This document shows positions 1 to 8,188 of a stretch of 64,000 nucleotides of DNA, in pieces. The position numbers and the translations under genes were made by a program. The stretch covers positions 1 to 64,000 of the forward strand of contig JBGSMD010000051.1 in NCBI GenBank assembly GCA_041740355.1, written 5' to 3'. The number at the start of each line of letters is the position of its first letter. Position 1 is the stretch's first letter. The notes below the pieces were generated by a model. That model had not been told where the DNA came from, did not search any database, and was given only the letters and a program-made list of their open reading frames with translations. The DNA comes from Bdellovibrionota bacterium. GTDB lineage: Bacteria; Bdellovibrionota_C; UBA2361; CALJRW01.

Positions 1-140
1 CAACTAGGCGAATCGCTTCATCTTTTAGCTCTTGGCTTAATCTCTTTCCCATCTGTTTTCTCCTATTAAAATTAGTTTACCAAAATCGGCAACCTTAGTC
101 TTTTAATAGGGATTACTGTCCAGAAAACTGGCGAAGATCA
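1..140 (-). mobile_element. IS3-family insertion sequence, left end and start of orfA (runs off window)
   Basis: Minus strand begins TGATCTTCGCCAGTTTTCTGGACA at 140 (IS3-like TG...TGGACA terminal repeat). After a TAGGAG RBS, ATG at 52 gives MGKRLSQELKDEAIRLV, typical of an IS3 OrfA HTH start. Confidence 0.8.
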
Positions 141-353
141 AACTCAACTATTATATCGAATTGAGGTCAATAAATTTATTGTTAAAATATCCGTAACCAG
201 CTCCATCCCCAAAAATAAATTTGGTAAAAGCTTTGGATCAAGAGGCTATCTTTAGATGAAATATAAATTATTTATTAATTCCCAGCTCTAGGTCTCCTGC
301 TAGATTTTTTTGATCTAGGACTCTAGCTATAATTCTTGTTTTCAGTAAACTTA

Positions 354-418
354 TGGATCAAGAGCCCAGCGCTCACAGCCATTGACTTAAGGATGTGAGG
401 CGGGCACTAGGTTGAAAA
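354..418. repeat. REP-like hairpin repeat (GGATCAAGAGC...GGCACTAGG)
   Basis: Imperfect stem GCCCAGCGCTCACA/TGTGAGGCGGGC. The core TCACAGCCATTGACTTAAG recurs at about 4126-4144, and the two ends recur without the stem at 11792-11813. Confidence 0.55.
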
Positions 419-427
419 AGGAAAATA

Positions 428-1405
428 TTACCTAAGAATACCTGTTGGGCCGCCGGTAGCTCCTATGTCATTTCTTGAACCATCAATATCATTAAACTCA
501 GCTAAGAGGTTGCCTCTGTTAGTAGCTTTACTTCTTCTTTTAAGTCTAAAGTTATCTCTAGAAGTTCTTTTAAATAAAGGATCGCCATCACGATTGTTTA
601 TAAATCTTTCACTATTAGCGTCTCTTTGAGCAAGTTTAATAAGACTAAAGTCTTCTACAATTTCATTTGAGAATGCTGAGATTACGTTATCAAAAAATAG
701 ATTATATTGAATAGTTGAGGTTCCACTAAATTGACAAATACCTCTTCCTTTTACTGGAGTTCCTCTTCTAATAGTACCATTATTGGAGATTATGTTATTG
801 ATAATTGTTGCAGAAGTATCTCCTGTTAGGTGTATTCCATTACTGTCGTTAAAAGCAATTGTATTATTAACGATTATAGGAGAACCACCTACAACCTGTA
901 TCCCGTGTGGATCTCCCCCTGTTCCTCTAACTACGCGGTTTCTGACTATTTCATTACTTGTAATGATTGGAGAAGATTCTCCGGAAATGCAAATTCCACT
1001 ACCACTATCTTCTGCTTGATTGCGAATTATAACATTTCTCATGATCGTTGGGTTACTGCCATTAATGACATATATTCCACCGCCCCTACTTGCAGAACCA
1101 CCAGTGATTGTAAAAGAATCAAGAATAGCAGCATTACTTTCTCCACTATTAAAAGTAACAACAGAGCCATCACCTGTGCCTTGAATAATTGCTCTGCGAC
1201 TAGCTGCTACTACTGCGATATCTTTGCCATTAAAATTAATGTTCTCATTATATTTCCCCTCAGCAACATTAATCGTATCGCCACTTGTCGAAAGGTCGAT
1301 TGCTGCTTGAATAGACTCACCTTCATTTACTATAAAAGTCTCTGCAGAAAGACTGCCAGAAAATAAAAACAACGTGGTAAATATTAGTATTCTTAATGTT
1401 TGCAT
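428..1405 (-). CDS. Secreted right-handed parallel beta-helix (pectin-lyase-like/NosD-like) protein
   Basis: Signal peptide, SIQAAID...GDTINVAEGKYNE start, repeated NN-I..N beta-helix turns, C-terminal DIDGSRNDIGATGG. Confidence 0.85.
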   Translation of the reverse strand: MQTLRILIFTTLFLFSGSLSAETFIVNEGESIQAAIDLSTSGDTINVAEGKYNENINFNGKDIAVVAASRRAIIQGTGDGSVVTFNSGESNAAILDSFTITGGSASRGGGIYVINGSNPTIMRNVIIRNQAEDSGSGICISGESSPIITSNEIVRNRVVRGTGGDPHGIQVVGGSPIIVNNTIAFNDSNGIHLTGDTSATIINNIISNNGTIRRGTPVKGRGICQFSGTSTIQYNLFFDNVISAFSNEIVEDFSLIKLAQRDANSERFINNRDGDPLFKRTSRDNFRLKRRSKATNRGNLLAEFNDIDGSRNDIGATGGPTGILR

Positions 1406-1463
1406 AACTATATTTAAATTTAAATAAATTTTCAGAAACTGCTTGAAAAATGCTATAATTAAT

Positions 1464-1489
1464 TACGAAGCTAACTATGAAATAGTTAC
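1464..1489 (-). promoter_or_regulatory. Putative ECF-sigma promoter GTAACT-N16-CGTA for the beta-helix gene
   Basis: Matches the GTAAC-N16-CG(A/T)A pattern of SigF/ECF16-type promoters; lies about 60 bp upstream of the start at 1405, next to the sigma gene. Confidence 0.55.
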
Positions 1490-1730
1490 AAAAAACTTTA
1501 TATGTAAAAATCATATAGTCAAAAATGTCTCAAGCCCATTTTTCTTTATAAAATCAAGTAATTAAACTCTTTTTATGGATTTCTTGTCTCTAATTTTGTT
1601 CTACTGATGATTTTTACATTGATTGTGCTATTTGAAGAAACAACTAAATATGTTCGTAGACTGTCTTTTAAATTTATCTCTTAGGGGATAGGTTATTTAA
1701 AATTAAACATTAATATTGCATTATTAAAAC

Positions 1731-2354
1731 TTGGCTCAAAAACAAGCAGACAACGAAACTAGATGGCGACAATTAATCGCAGATGCTCAAAAAGGAAACA
1801 ATGAATCCTACCAAACTTTACTTTTAGAGCTCGATACATTTTTAAGAAGATATTGTGGAGCAATTATTAAAAATTGGTCAAAAAATGAGGACTTAAGCCA
1901 GGAATGTTTGGTTGCTATTCACAAAGCTAGAATGACATACGACCCTGCTCGGCCATTTCTTCCTTGGGTTAAAGCAATTGTTAGAAATAAATCAATCGAC
2001 TGGATTAGAAAAGAAGTTAAACAAATTGAACGTGAAATTTTAATTGATGAAACCAAAGCTCAAGGTAGTACCAAGGATCTTGATTCAACTGAGAACAATA
2101 TAGTTTTTGAAAATTTAATTAAACTTTTAGATGAAAAGTATCAACAACCAATTCTATTGACTAAGATATACGGTTATACGGAAAAAGAGGTAGGTAAAAA
2201 GCTAAACCTTTCGGAAAGTGCAGTAAAAATCAGGATCCATAGAGGAGTAATGGACTTAAAAAATGTAGTCAAAAAAGATTTTGAAAAAAATCTCAAGAAT
2301 AATACTTATTTTGCAACTTTTTTCATTCTTTCTACGTATATTATAAAATTGTGA
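1731..2354 (+). CDS. ECF RNA polymerase sigma factor (SigF-like)
   Basis: EDLSQECLVAIHKARMTYDPARPFLPWVKAIVRNKSIDW (region 2) and SESAVKIRIHRG (region 4). Confidence 0.9.
   Translation: MAQKQADNETRWRQLIADAQKGNNESYQTLLLELDTFLRRYCGAIIKNWSKNEDLSQECLVAIHKARMTYDPARPFLPWVKAIVRNKSIDWIRKEVKQIEREILIDETKAQGSTKDLDSTENNIVFENLIKLLDEKYQQPILLTKIYGYTEKEVGKKLNLSESAVKIRIHRGVMDLKNVVKKDFEKNLKNNTYFATFFILSTYIIKL
2313..2338 (+). promoter_or_regulatory. Putative ECF promoter GCAACT-N16-CGTA inside the sigma 3' end, upstream of the anti-sigma
   Basis: Same geometry as the 1464-1489 motif; 12 bp before the GTG at 2351. Confidence 0.45.
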
Positions 2355-3001
2355 ATATTGAACTTGTAAAAAAATTAGTAAATGAAAATAAAGGTTGGGG
2401 GAAAACATACTCTCCTGTAATTATAGCTCTAATATCTTCTTTAATAGCATTTTCGATTGTAGCAATTTTAGTGAGTAACACTTGGGGTGGTATTCGTTCT
2501 AATGCATTTGAGCAGCTACAAAGTCACCCTAGGTTTTTACTTGAATTTTCCTCTCTAGTATTGCTTGCCGTTTTTAGTTTATTTTTCTCAGCAGGACTTG
2601 CTACTCCGAATAGTTTGATAGAATCAAACTCAAAAGTTGCGAAAACAATCCTCATAACTTTGATCTTAAGTTCGATACTATTGATGCTCTACTCTTTAAT
2701 AGCCTCAGCTTTGCCAACTTCGATGGCAGGTAAAAGATTATATTGCTCTCTTGAAATTATTTTCTATGGTTTATTAACTCAAGCTGCGATTTTTTATTTA
2801 ATTTTACAAAGACGTGCCCTTTTTCAAAAAAACTGGATTGCTTTTGCAGCAAGTCTTGGCTCTGGATTAGTTCCAATGATTATTATGCAAATAGGTTGCA
2901 TGTATGATCCTTTACATAATCTTACATACCACTTAACACCAGTAATCTTAGTTGGCGCAATCGGTGCTATTTTTATTTGCTGTAAAGCTAAAAAGATTTA
3001 A
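2351..3001 (+). CDS. nrsF: NrsF/DUF1109-family membrane anti-sigma factor
   Basis: Overlaps the sigma stop (GTGA); about 6 TM helices; conserved Cys and C-x2-D-x2-H-x3-YH motif. Confidence 0.75.
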   Translation: MNIELVKKLVNENKGWGKTYSPVIIALISSLIAFSIVAILVSNTWGGIRSNAFEQLQSHPRFLLEFSSLVLLAVFSLFFSAGLATPNSLIESNSKVAKTILITLILSSILLMLYSLIASALPTSMAGKRLYCSLEIIFYGLLTQAAIFYLILQRRALFQKNWIAFAASLGSGLVPMIIMQIGCMYDPLHNLTYHLTPVILVGAIGAIFICCKAKKI

Positions 3002-3064
3002 TCAAAAATATAATTGAAACTTGAACTTGCTTTTCATCGATAAGAATACAAAAACAGTATTTTC

Positions 3065-3139
3065 ATGCCTCGCCTTAGAAAAGCCATTTTCCATAATCAA
3101 ATTCACTTCATCACTATGAGAGTGGAAGAAGGAATTTAA
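3065..3139 (+). pseudogene. N-terminal remnant of a RAYT-like transposase
   Basis: Translates MPRLRKAIFHNQIHFITMRVEEGI*, which aligns to GRLRRAIFHNHVYMLTTSVESGI of the intact copies. Confidence 0.7.
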
Positions 3140-3183
3140 TCTCGTGTTGGCTACTTTTGATCAATATGTGAAAAAGTATACGA

Positions 3184-3397
3184 TTATACTTTTTCTATGT
3201 TTTGTGAACTAAGCACCTTCTCCGCATATCCAACAAGGAAACTCAATTCTTTATAAACTTCTATATTTTGGACTACAAAACTAGCCCTGCCCCCTTACTG
3301 TTAGAATAAAGGGCTCCTCTCCGGGTATTACTTTATCTCTAAATTCACGGGAATTTATGAACTCTGTAAGGCTGTAGATATTATTTATTATTTCCAT
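3184..3397 (-). pseudogene. Frameshifted Phd/YefM-family antitoxin
   Basis: MEIINNIYSLTEF...EPFILTV, then one extra base in the C5 run at 3290-3294; the corrected frame continues RGRASFVVQNIEVYKEL. Upstream inverted repeat GTATCAG-N8-CTGATAC. Confidence 0.6.
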
Positions 3398-3479
3398 TAC
3401 ATGGGTATCAGATTTAAAACTGATACTTATATCGGACTAATAGGATGAAAGTTGCTAGAGAATTATACTATCTGTAAAA

Positions 3480-3983
3480 TTAATATGTTAATGTATTGGA
3501 TGAGACAAAAAGGAGCCGGGCTTTAGGTGAAACCAATTTTTTAGTTATTTTTCTTTCTAAACCTTCCAACTTACGTTTTAAATCAGCATGTTCAGATATT
3601 ATTTCCCTAGCTCGGATAAAAGCCCTGACTACTAAAACGCTACTATCAATTGCTATTTGGCTATTTAGTACATTTGCAACCATAATTGTACCGTGTTCTG
3701 TAAATGCATAAGGTAAAATTTTAGAATATTTAAGATTTTTAAGGTGGTCGCAATTTGCGACCACCTTGCATTTCTCTTCCTCAGATAATTGAAACATAAA
3801 ATCGCTAGGAAAACGCATTTTTTTACGCTTTACTTGCTCATTTAAGCGTTTTGTCTGAGTTCCATAAAGTTTTGCAAGATCACTATCAATAACTACCCTT
3901 TGACCTCTAATAGTAATGATCACATCTTCAACTTTTGAAACACTAGCTGAGCTTTTAATTTTAGTAATCATAGTTAAATTCAA
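3480..3983 (-). CDS. ORF6N-domain DNA-binding protein
   Basis: IRGQRVVIDSDLAKLYG...RLNEQVKR...RFPSDFMFQL...PYAFTEHG. Confidence 0.9.
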   Translation of the reverse strand: MNLTMITKIKSSASVSKVEDVIITIRGQRVVIDSDLAKLYGTQTKRLNEQVKRKKMRFPSDFMFQLSEEEKCKVVANCDHLKNLKYSKILPYAFTEHGTIMVANVLNSQIAIDSSVLVVRAFIRAREIISEHADLKRKLEGLERKITKKLVSPKARLLFVSSNTLTY

Positions 3984-4189
3984 CTAATCAATATGTAGGC
4001 TATTTTGCTCTGATCAAAAGAAATAACGAGATTCAACATAAACATTGAACTATCGAAAATTAGCAGAAGAACTTGTTTAAATGATAAAATTTAAAGATTT
4101 ATAAGGGGCTAAAGAAGCCTGTCAATCACAGCCATTGACTTAAGACTGTAAGTTAAAAAAAGAGAAAGAGACTATAAAAACTCACTTCA

Positions 4190-4291
4190 TACACTAATAG
4201 CTATTTCCATTTATTCGAATTTTAATCTTTTGATTAAGTATTCGAGAAATGTGAAAATTAGTTGTGTAATAAGTTAGCTTGGCTCAAGAAA
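4190..4291 (-). mobile_element. Orphan left end of RAYT element
   Basis: Reverse complement TTGAGCCAAGCTAACTTATTACACAACTAATT...TCGAATAAATGGAAATA matches 14061-14146; the ORF stops after 7 codons. Confidence 0.75.
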
Positions 4292-4525
4292 AACTGACTC
4301 GGAGAAGATGAAGGTAAGTGACATTCGAGCCAAGATCTAGATTCCGAAATTTAATGGAGAATCTCTTGTTTCCTAACATAAATCTTCAACATAAGACGAA
4401 AATCAACTAATTACAGCGATAATCATAATAATTTATCAAATTTATTGATACATTAGATTTAAATTGTTACCTTTAACTAACTTCACTTTTATAATTTCCT
4501 ATCTATTAATGGATCTAGTTTAATC

Positions 4526-7500
4526 ATGTTTCGTAGCTTAGTTTTTCTTTTACTGATGTTCTGGAGTATCGCGAATATTTCAGCAGAAGACTTCGTTGTA
4601 AATGGAGATCTAAATGTGAACTGCCATGATCAGACTCCACCTGTTCAAGGAGAAGTGTGTGCTAAAAGTCCAATTATAAGTTCTGACTGGAAACTTTCTA
4701 TCAATCGAGAAAATCAAGGTGAAGATATTGAAGTAATTTATTCTGGCGAACCACCTTTAAACGAAACAATAAATGGGATCATTTCTAATGAACCAAGACT
4801 TGACAGAGATGGAGATTTTATAGTGCTGCAAATTGAAAAGCGTTCTGCTGAAGGTGATAATTGTTTTACTTTAGGCGATGTCTGGTTTCATAATATCTCA
4901 GCAGACAATGGAGGTGCTTGCAGATACTTAATGAACCGCAAATCCGAGACCCAAATTTGTAACCCTAACGGCATAGTTCGGATGGGACGAACCATTCCCG
5001 GACTCCCAAGCGGATGTGCCGATAACGCATTAAAAGCAAAGCTTAGTGGATTTCCACGTACTCAATTATTAAATAAACTAATTGATATTGAGATTGGTCA
5101 AAAAATTAATCTTACTCTGGATCTTTCATCAAACATTAGCAGTAATGACGGATATGGTATTAGCGGTTGTTACCCCGATGTCTTGCAGTTCTATGATGCT
5201 ATCGATGATACTTATCCCCTAGTAGCAACTCCTGTGTCGTCTTCTCACGTACCAACTGGAGGGGAACCTTTTGTAGATTGCTCAAGTGGCCTTTCCTTCG
5301 AACACGGAATTAATAGATCAAGTAGCCTTCAGTATACAGCGGTAGCTCGGAAGCGTGGGGTAGCAAGATTTCTCAACACTAAACCCATATCAGCACGTTT
5401 TCGATTAACCGGTGAAGTATTTGAACCAGTAAGCTCTTCACCTTTTGAAGAAGTGCTTAAAATTGGCGGTGGTCTGACTCTCACAGCAAGTGCTCCAACA
5501 CAGGTTAAAAATAGTGGGTCATTTAATGTTGAGCTTAAGATTAAGAATGAAGGTAAAGGGGCAGCTACTGTAAGTGGTCAGAGCTGTGCAAATTATATTT
5601 CCGATAATAGTGGAGTTGTTACAACAAAAAAACTTTCGGGATTTGAAAAAGATTTTAATTTAGCTGGTGGTCAAGAAGTTACCGTTAGTTGTAATTACAT
5701 TATTCTTAAACAAGGAAATGTTGATTTGAATTTTGATACATTCTGGATTCATCAAAGTGGCGGAGAAGTTTTAACTGAGTTTACTTGCGCCGATCACCCA
5801 GCTGGTTTGGCAAGGTGTTTAAATAATAGCTTGTTAACTGGTACCAGGGATGTCATCCGAGTCAGTGTAAGCAAAAAACTTGGAGAATGTGGCGATGGCT
5901 TTATTGATGGCAATGAAGACTGCGACGGCGGAGCCTGTTGCACGGAGGATTGCAAGTTTGTTGAACGTGGCGAGCAATGCGCGGAAGAAAGTGTTTGTTC
6001 TACTGGTGCTGGACTATGCTTAGGGGATCGTCCGTTTTGCCCTGGTGAAGTTGACGGTGATGGTATTCGCTCGGTAGATTTTGAACTTACTTATCCGGTA
6101 GGTTTTAGTCCACAAATTTTTACTGAAGGATGGACTCTTGGAGCTAAGGCAGTTGCGCACTGTAATAATGGAAATCTTCGCGATATTTCAACTCAGGTTA
6201 GATGGTCTGGAACAGGATCGTTTTCTCCACCGATCGGAAGCCAAACAAAACCGAGTATTGATGTAGGTAATAATGCGATTATTTTGAGTTTTGAAAATTT
6301 TAGTAAGTCTATTACCATTAATGGTATAAGATCTGAGGGCTATGCAGCTGTTGGAGATATCTCTTTCTCTGCTATTGATGCCCACTCATCACCAACTGAT
6401 CCCCACTTTGTTAAAGGACCAATCATAACCGGAGCTCCGCTTGTTTCGATCAACGGATCACCCGCTGCTTTTGTAGGAAGTCACGGTGTTCACGCAGCTT
6501 GCCCAGGACCAAATACTTTTATGGTTTTAGCTGGAGATCCACAAGTTCTTATAAATGGAAGACCAGCTGCTCGATTAAACGATCAAACAAAACATTGTGG
6601 TGGCGCTGGCTCGATCATTGAAGTTGCTTCAATCAGCTCGTTCTCTAGCCTTCCTCAATTAGACCAAAGTTTTAAGATACAATCTTTACAAACTCAGAAT
6701 GGTACTATCCAAGGAGAAGTTAAAGATCTCGAAGGAGAAAGCATTGAACGCGTATTAGTGGTTGCTGAAGATCTGGAGGGAAATCTTTTCCCTGCATGGA
6801 CAAACAACGCTGGTCAATATGAAATACGTAACCTGAAAGAAGGACCGTATAAGATTACCTGCAACGGAAGTAGTGTCGGCTATGGCACAAACAAACTATC
6901 TGAAATTAATGTAGCACTTGATGAGCAAGTAGATAATGTTGACTGTGTATTGCCTGCGGGAGCAACAATTTCTGGTATAGTTATTGATGATCAGCAAAAT
7001 GCGCTAGGAAGAGTCTGGGTACATGCAATTCCAGTAAATCTAGATTTACAAGCGCTCTCGGCAATGACAAGCAGTGATGGTTCCTTTTTTATTCCTGGCC
7101 TATCCTCTGGGGAATATTATCTTTATGCCTCAGGTGAATTAATAAATTTAGAGAATCGCTATTTTCCAAGTACACCTTATATTAATAAAGCAGTTCTAGT
7201 ATCCGCGATAAGCAATAGAATAACACCAGGAATAGTAATTGCGCTTGGTGCTCCAGACTTATCACTAGTGTGTGACGCAATGCAGTTTTCAGAAGAGCAA
7301 AAGGAGCTTCAACAAATTGCCGAAAGTCATTTCCTATCGATTAAAAAGGCTTTAAGAACTCTTAGTAAAAATGCTAGGCTCGCAGGAATTGGTGTTAAGA
7401 AGTTTACTAAACGAATAAGAAATCAATCAGAAGTACAATTTAATGGCGCTGCTAATTCTGCTGCCGGAATACCAAGTTTTATTTATTCGAACTGTAGTCA

Positions 7501-7732
7501 ACGACAAAATGGCTGTATGAAGATATCTAAAGTTACCATTGCAAATCCTTTCCTCATAAATATCAGAAAGCTATCAAAAAATTTAAAGAAGATCGATACA
7601 CAAAACACAAAAATATCTAGTTCAGATTCTGCTTTTCTCAAAAAGCTCCAAATGCTTTCTAATAAAAGAACAAAGCGTTCGAAAGCATTATTAAAGAGAT
7701 TGCCTGAGGAATTTACAACCTGTGGATCCTAG
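4526..7732 (+). CDS. Secreted multidomain protein: disintegrin-like Cys domain, internal PAAR domain, two carboxypeptidase-regulatory-like domains, basic C-terminal domain
   Basis: Signal peptide; CGDGFIDGNEDCDGGACC...CP; AAVGD...INGSPAA...INGRPAARLNDQTKHCGG; GTIQGEV...TNNAGQYEIRNLKEGPY. Confidence 0.8.
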   Translation: MFRSLVFLLLMFWSIANISAEDFVVNGDLNVNCHDQTPPVQGEVCAKSPIISSDWKLSINRENQGEDIEVIYSGEPPLNETINGIISNEPRLDRDGDFIVLQIEKRSAEGDNCFTLGDVWFHNISADNGGACRYLMNRKSETQICNPNGIVRMGRTIPGLPSGCADNALKAKLSGFPRTQLLNKLIDIEIGQKINLTLDLSSNISSNDGYGISGCYPDVLQFYDAIDDTYPLVATPVSSSHVPTGGEPFVDCSSGLSFEHGINRSSSLQYTAVARKRGVARFLNTKPISARFRLTGEVFEPVSSSPFEEVLKIGGGLTLTASAPTQVKNSGSFNVELKIKNEGKGAATVSGQSCANYISDNSGVVTTKKLSGFEKDFNLAGGQEVTVSCNYIILKQGNVDLNFDTFWIHQSGGEVLTEFTCADHPAGLARCLNNSLLTGTRDVIRVSVSKKLGECGDGFIDGNEDCDGGACCTEDCKFVERGEQCAEESVCSTGAGLCLGDRPFCPGEVDGDGIRSVDFELTYPVGFSPQIFTEGWTLGAKAVAHCNNGNLRDISTQVRWSGTGSFSPPIGSQTKPSIDVGNNAIILSFENFSKSITINGIRSEGYAAVGDISFSAIDAHSSPTDPHFVKGPIITGAPLVSINGSPAAFVGSHGVHAACPGPNTFMVLAGDPQVLINGRPAARLNDQTKHCGGAGSIIEVASISSFSSLPQLDQSFKIQSLQTQNGTIQGEVKDLEGESIERVLVVAEDLEGNLFPAWTNNAGQYEIRNLKEGPYKITCNGSSVGYGTNKLSEINVALDEQVDNVDCVLPAGATISGIVIDDQQNALGRVWVHAIPVNLDLQALSAMTSSDGSFFIPGLSSGEYYLYASGELINLENRYFPSTPYINKAVLVSAISNRITPGIVIALGAPDLSLVCDAMQFSEEQKELQQIAESHFLSIKKALRTLSKNARLAGIGVKKFTKRIRNQSEVQFNGAANSAAGIPSFIYSNCSQRQNGCMKISKVTIANPFLINIRKLSKNLKKIDTQNTKISSSDSAFLKKLQMLSNKRTKRSKALLKRLPEEFTTCGS

Positions 7733-8188
7733 CGGCAACTAAAATATCACGCTTAGAGATGAAACGTCCCTTTAGATAACTCTTACTAGTCGTAAATCTA
7801 TTCCAACTACTGAGTTGTCAGATCAAGTCGTGACTACTACACTTAAGCTGAATCTATTTTTGTTTGTTTAAGTTCTCTACATAGCAACTCAAGAAAAAAC
7901 GAACTGTCTGGTGTGAAAAGTTAATGACATTGATCATGAAGGTCTCTTGCTCACTCGCTATTCACTTCATCTAAATTTCGATTAAATATAATTTAGATAC
8001 ATTATTTGAAATTGAATTGATCGATTGTAAAATTATAGAATTATTAACTTCTTGTTAAGAATTTAATTGCGATTTAAATTTTTCCTTTAAAACAGTCATA
8101 ACAGCAATATTAGCTAAATTGAATTAACAAATTTGTTTGACGATCTACTTTATGAATTGTAAACTGATCAAAAAAAATTAAGGTTTCT

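Noticed and set aside
783-1366. Plus-strand ORFs of 78 and 178 aa (and similar short antisense ORFs within most large genes, e.g. 15882-16250, 30008-30451)
   Set aside because: They lie wholly inside well-supported opposite-strand genes and have no motifs.
1731-1742. TTGGCTCAA at the sigma start as a RAYT end
   Set aside because: It is coding sequence, lacks the final G and flanking similarity, and is likely chance.
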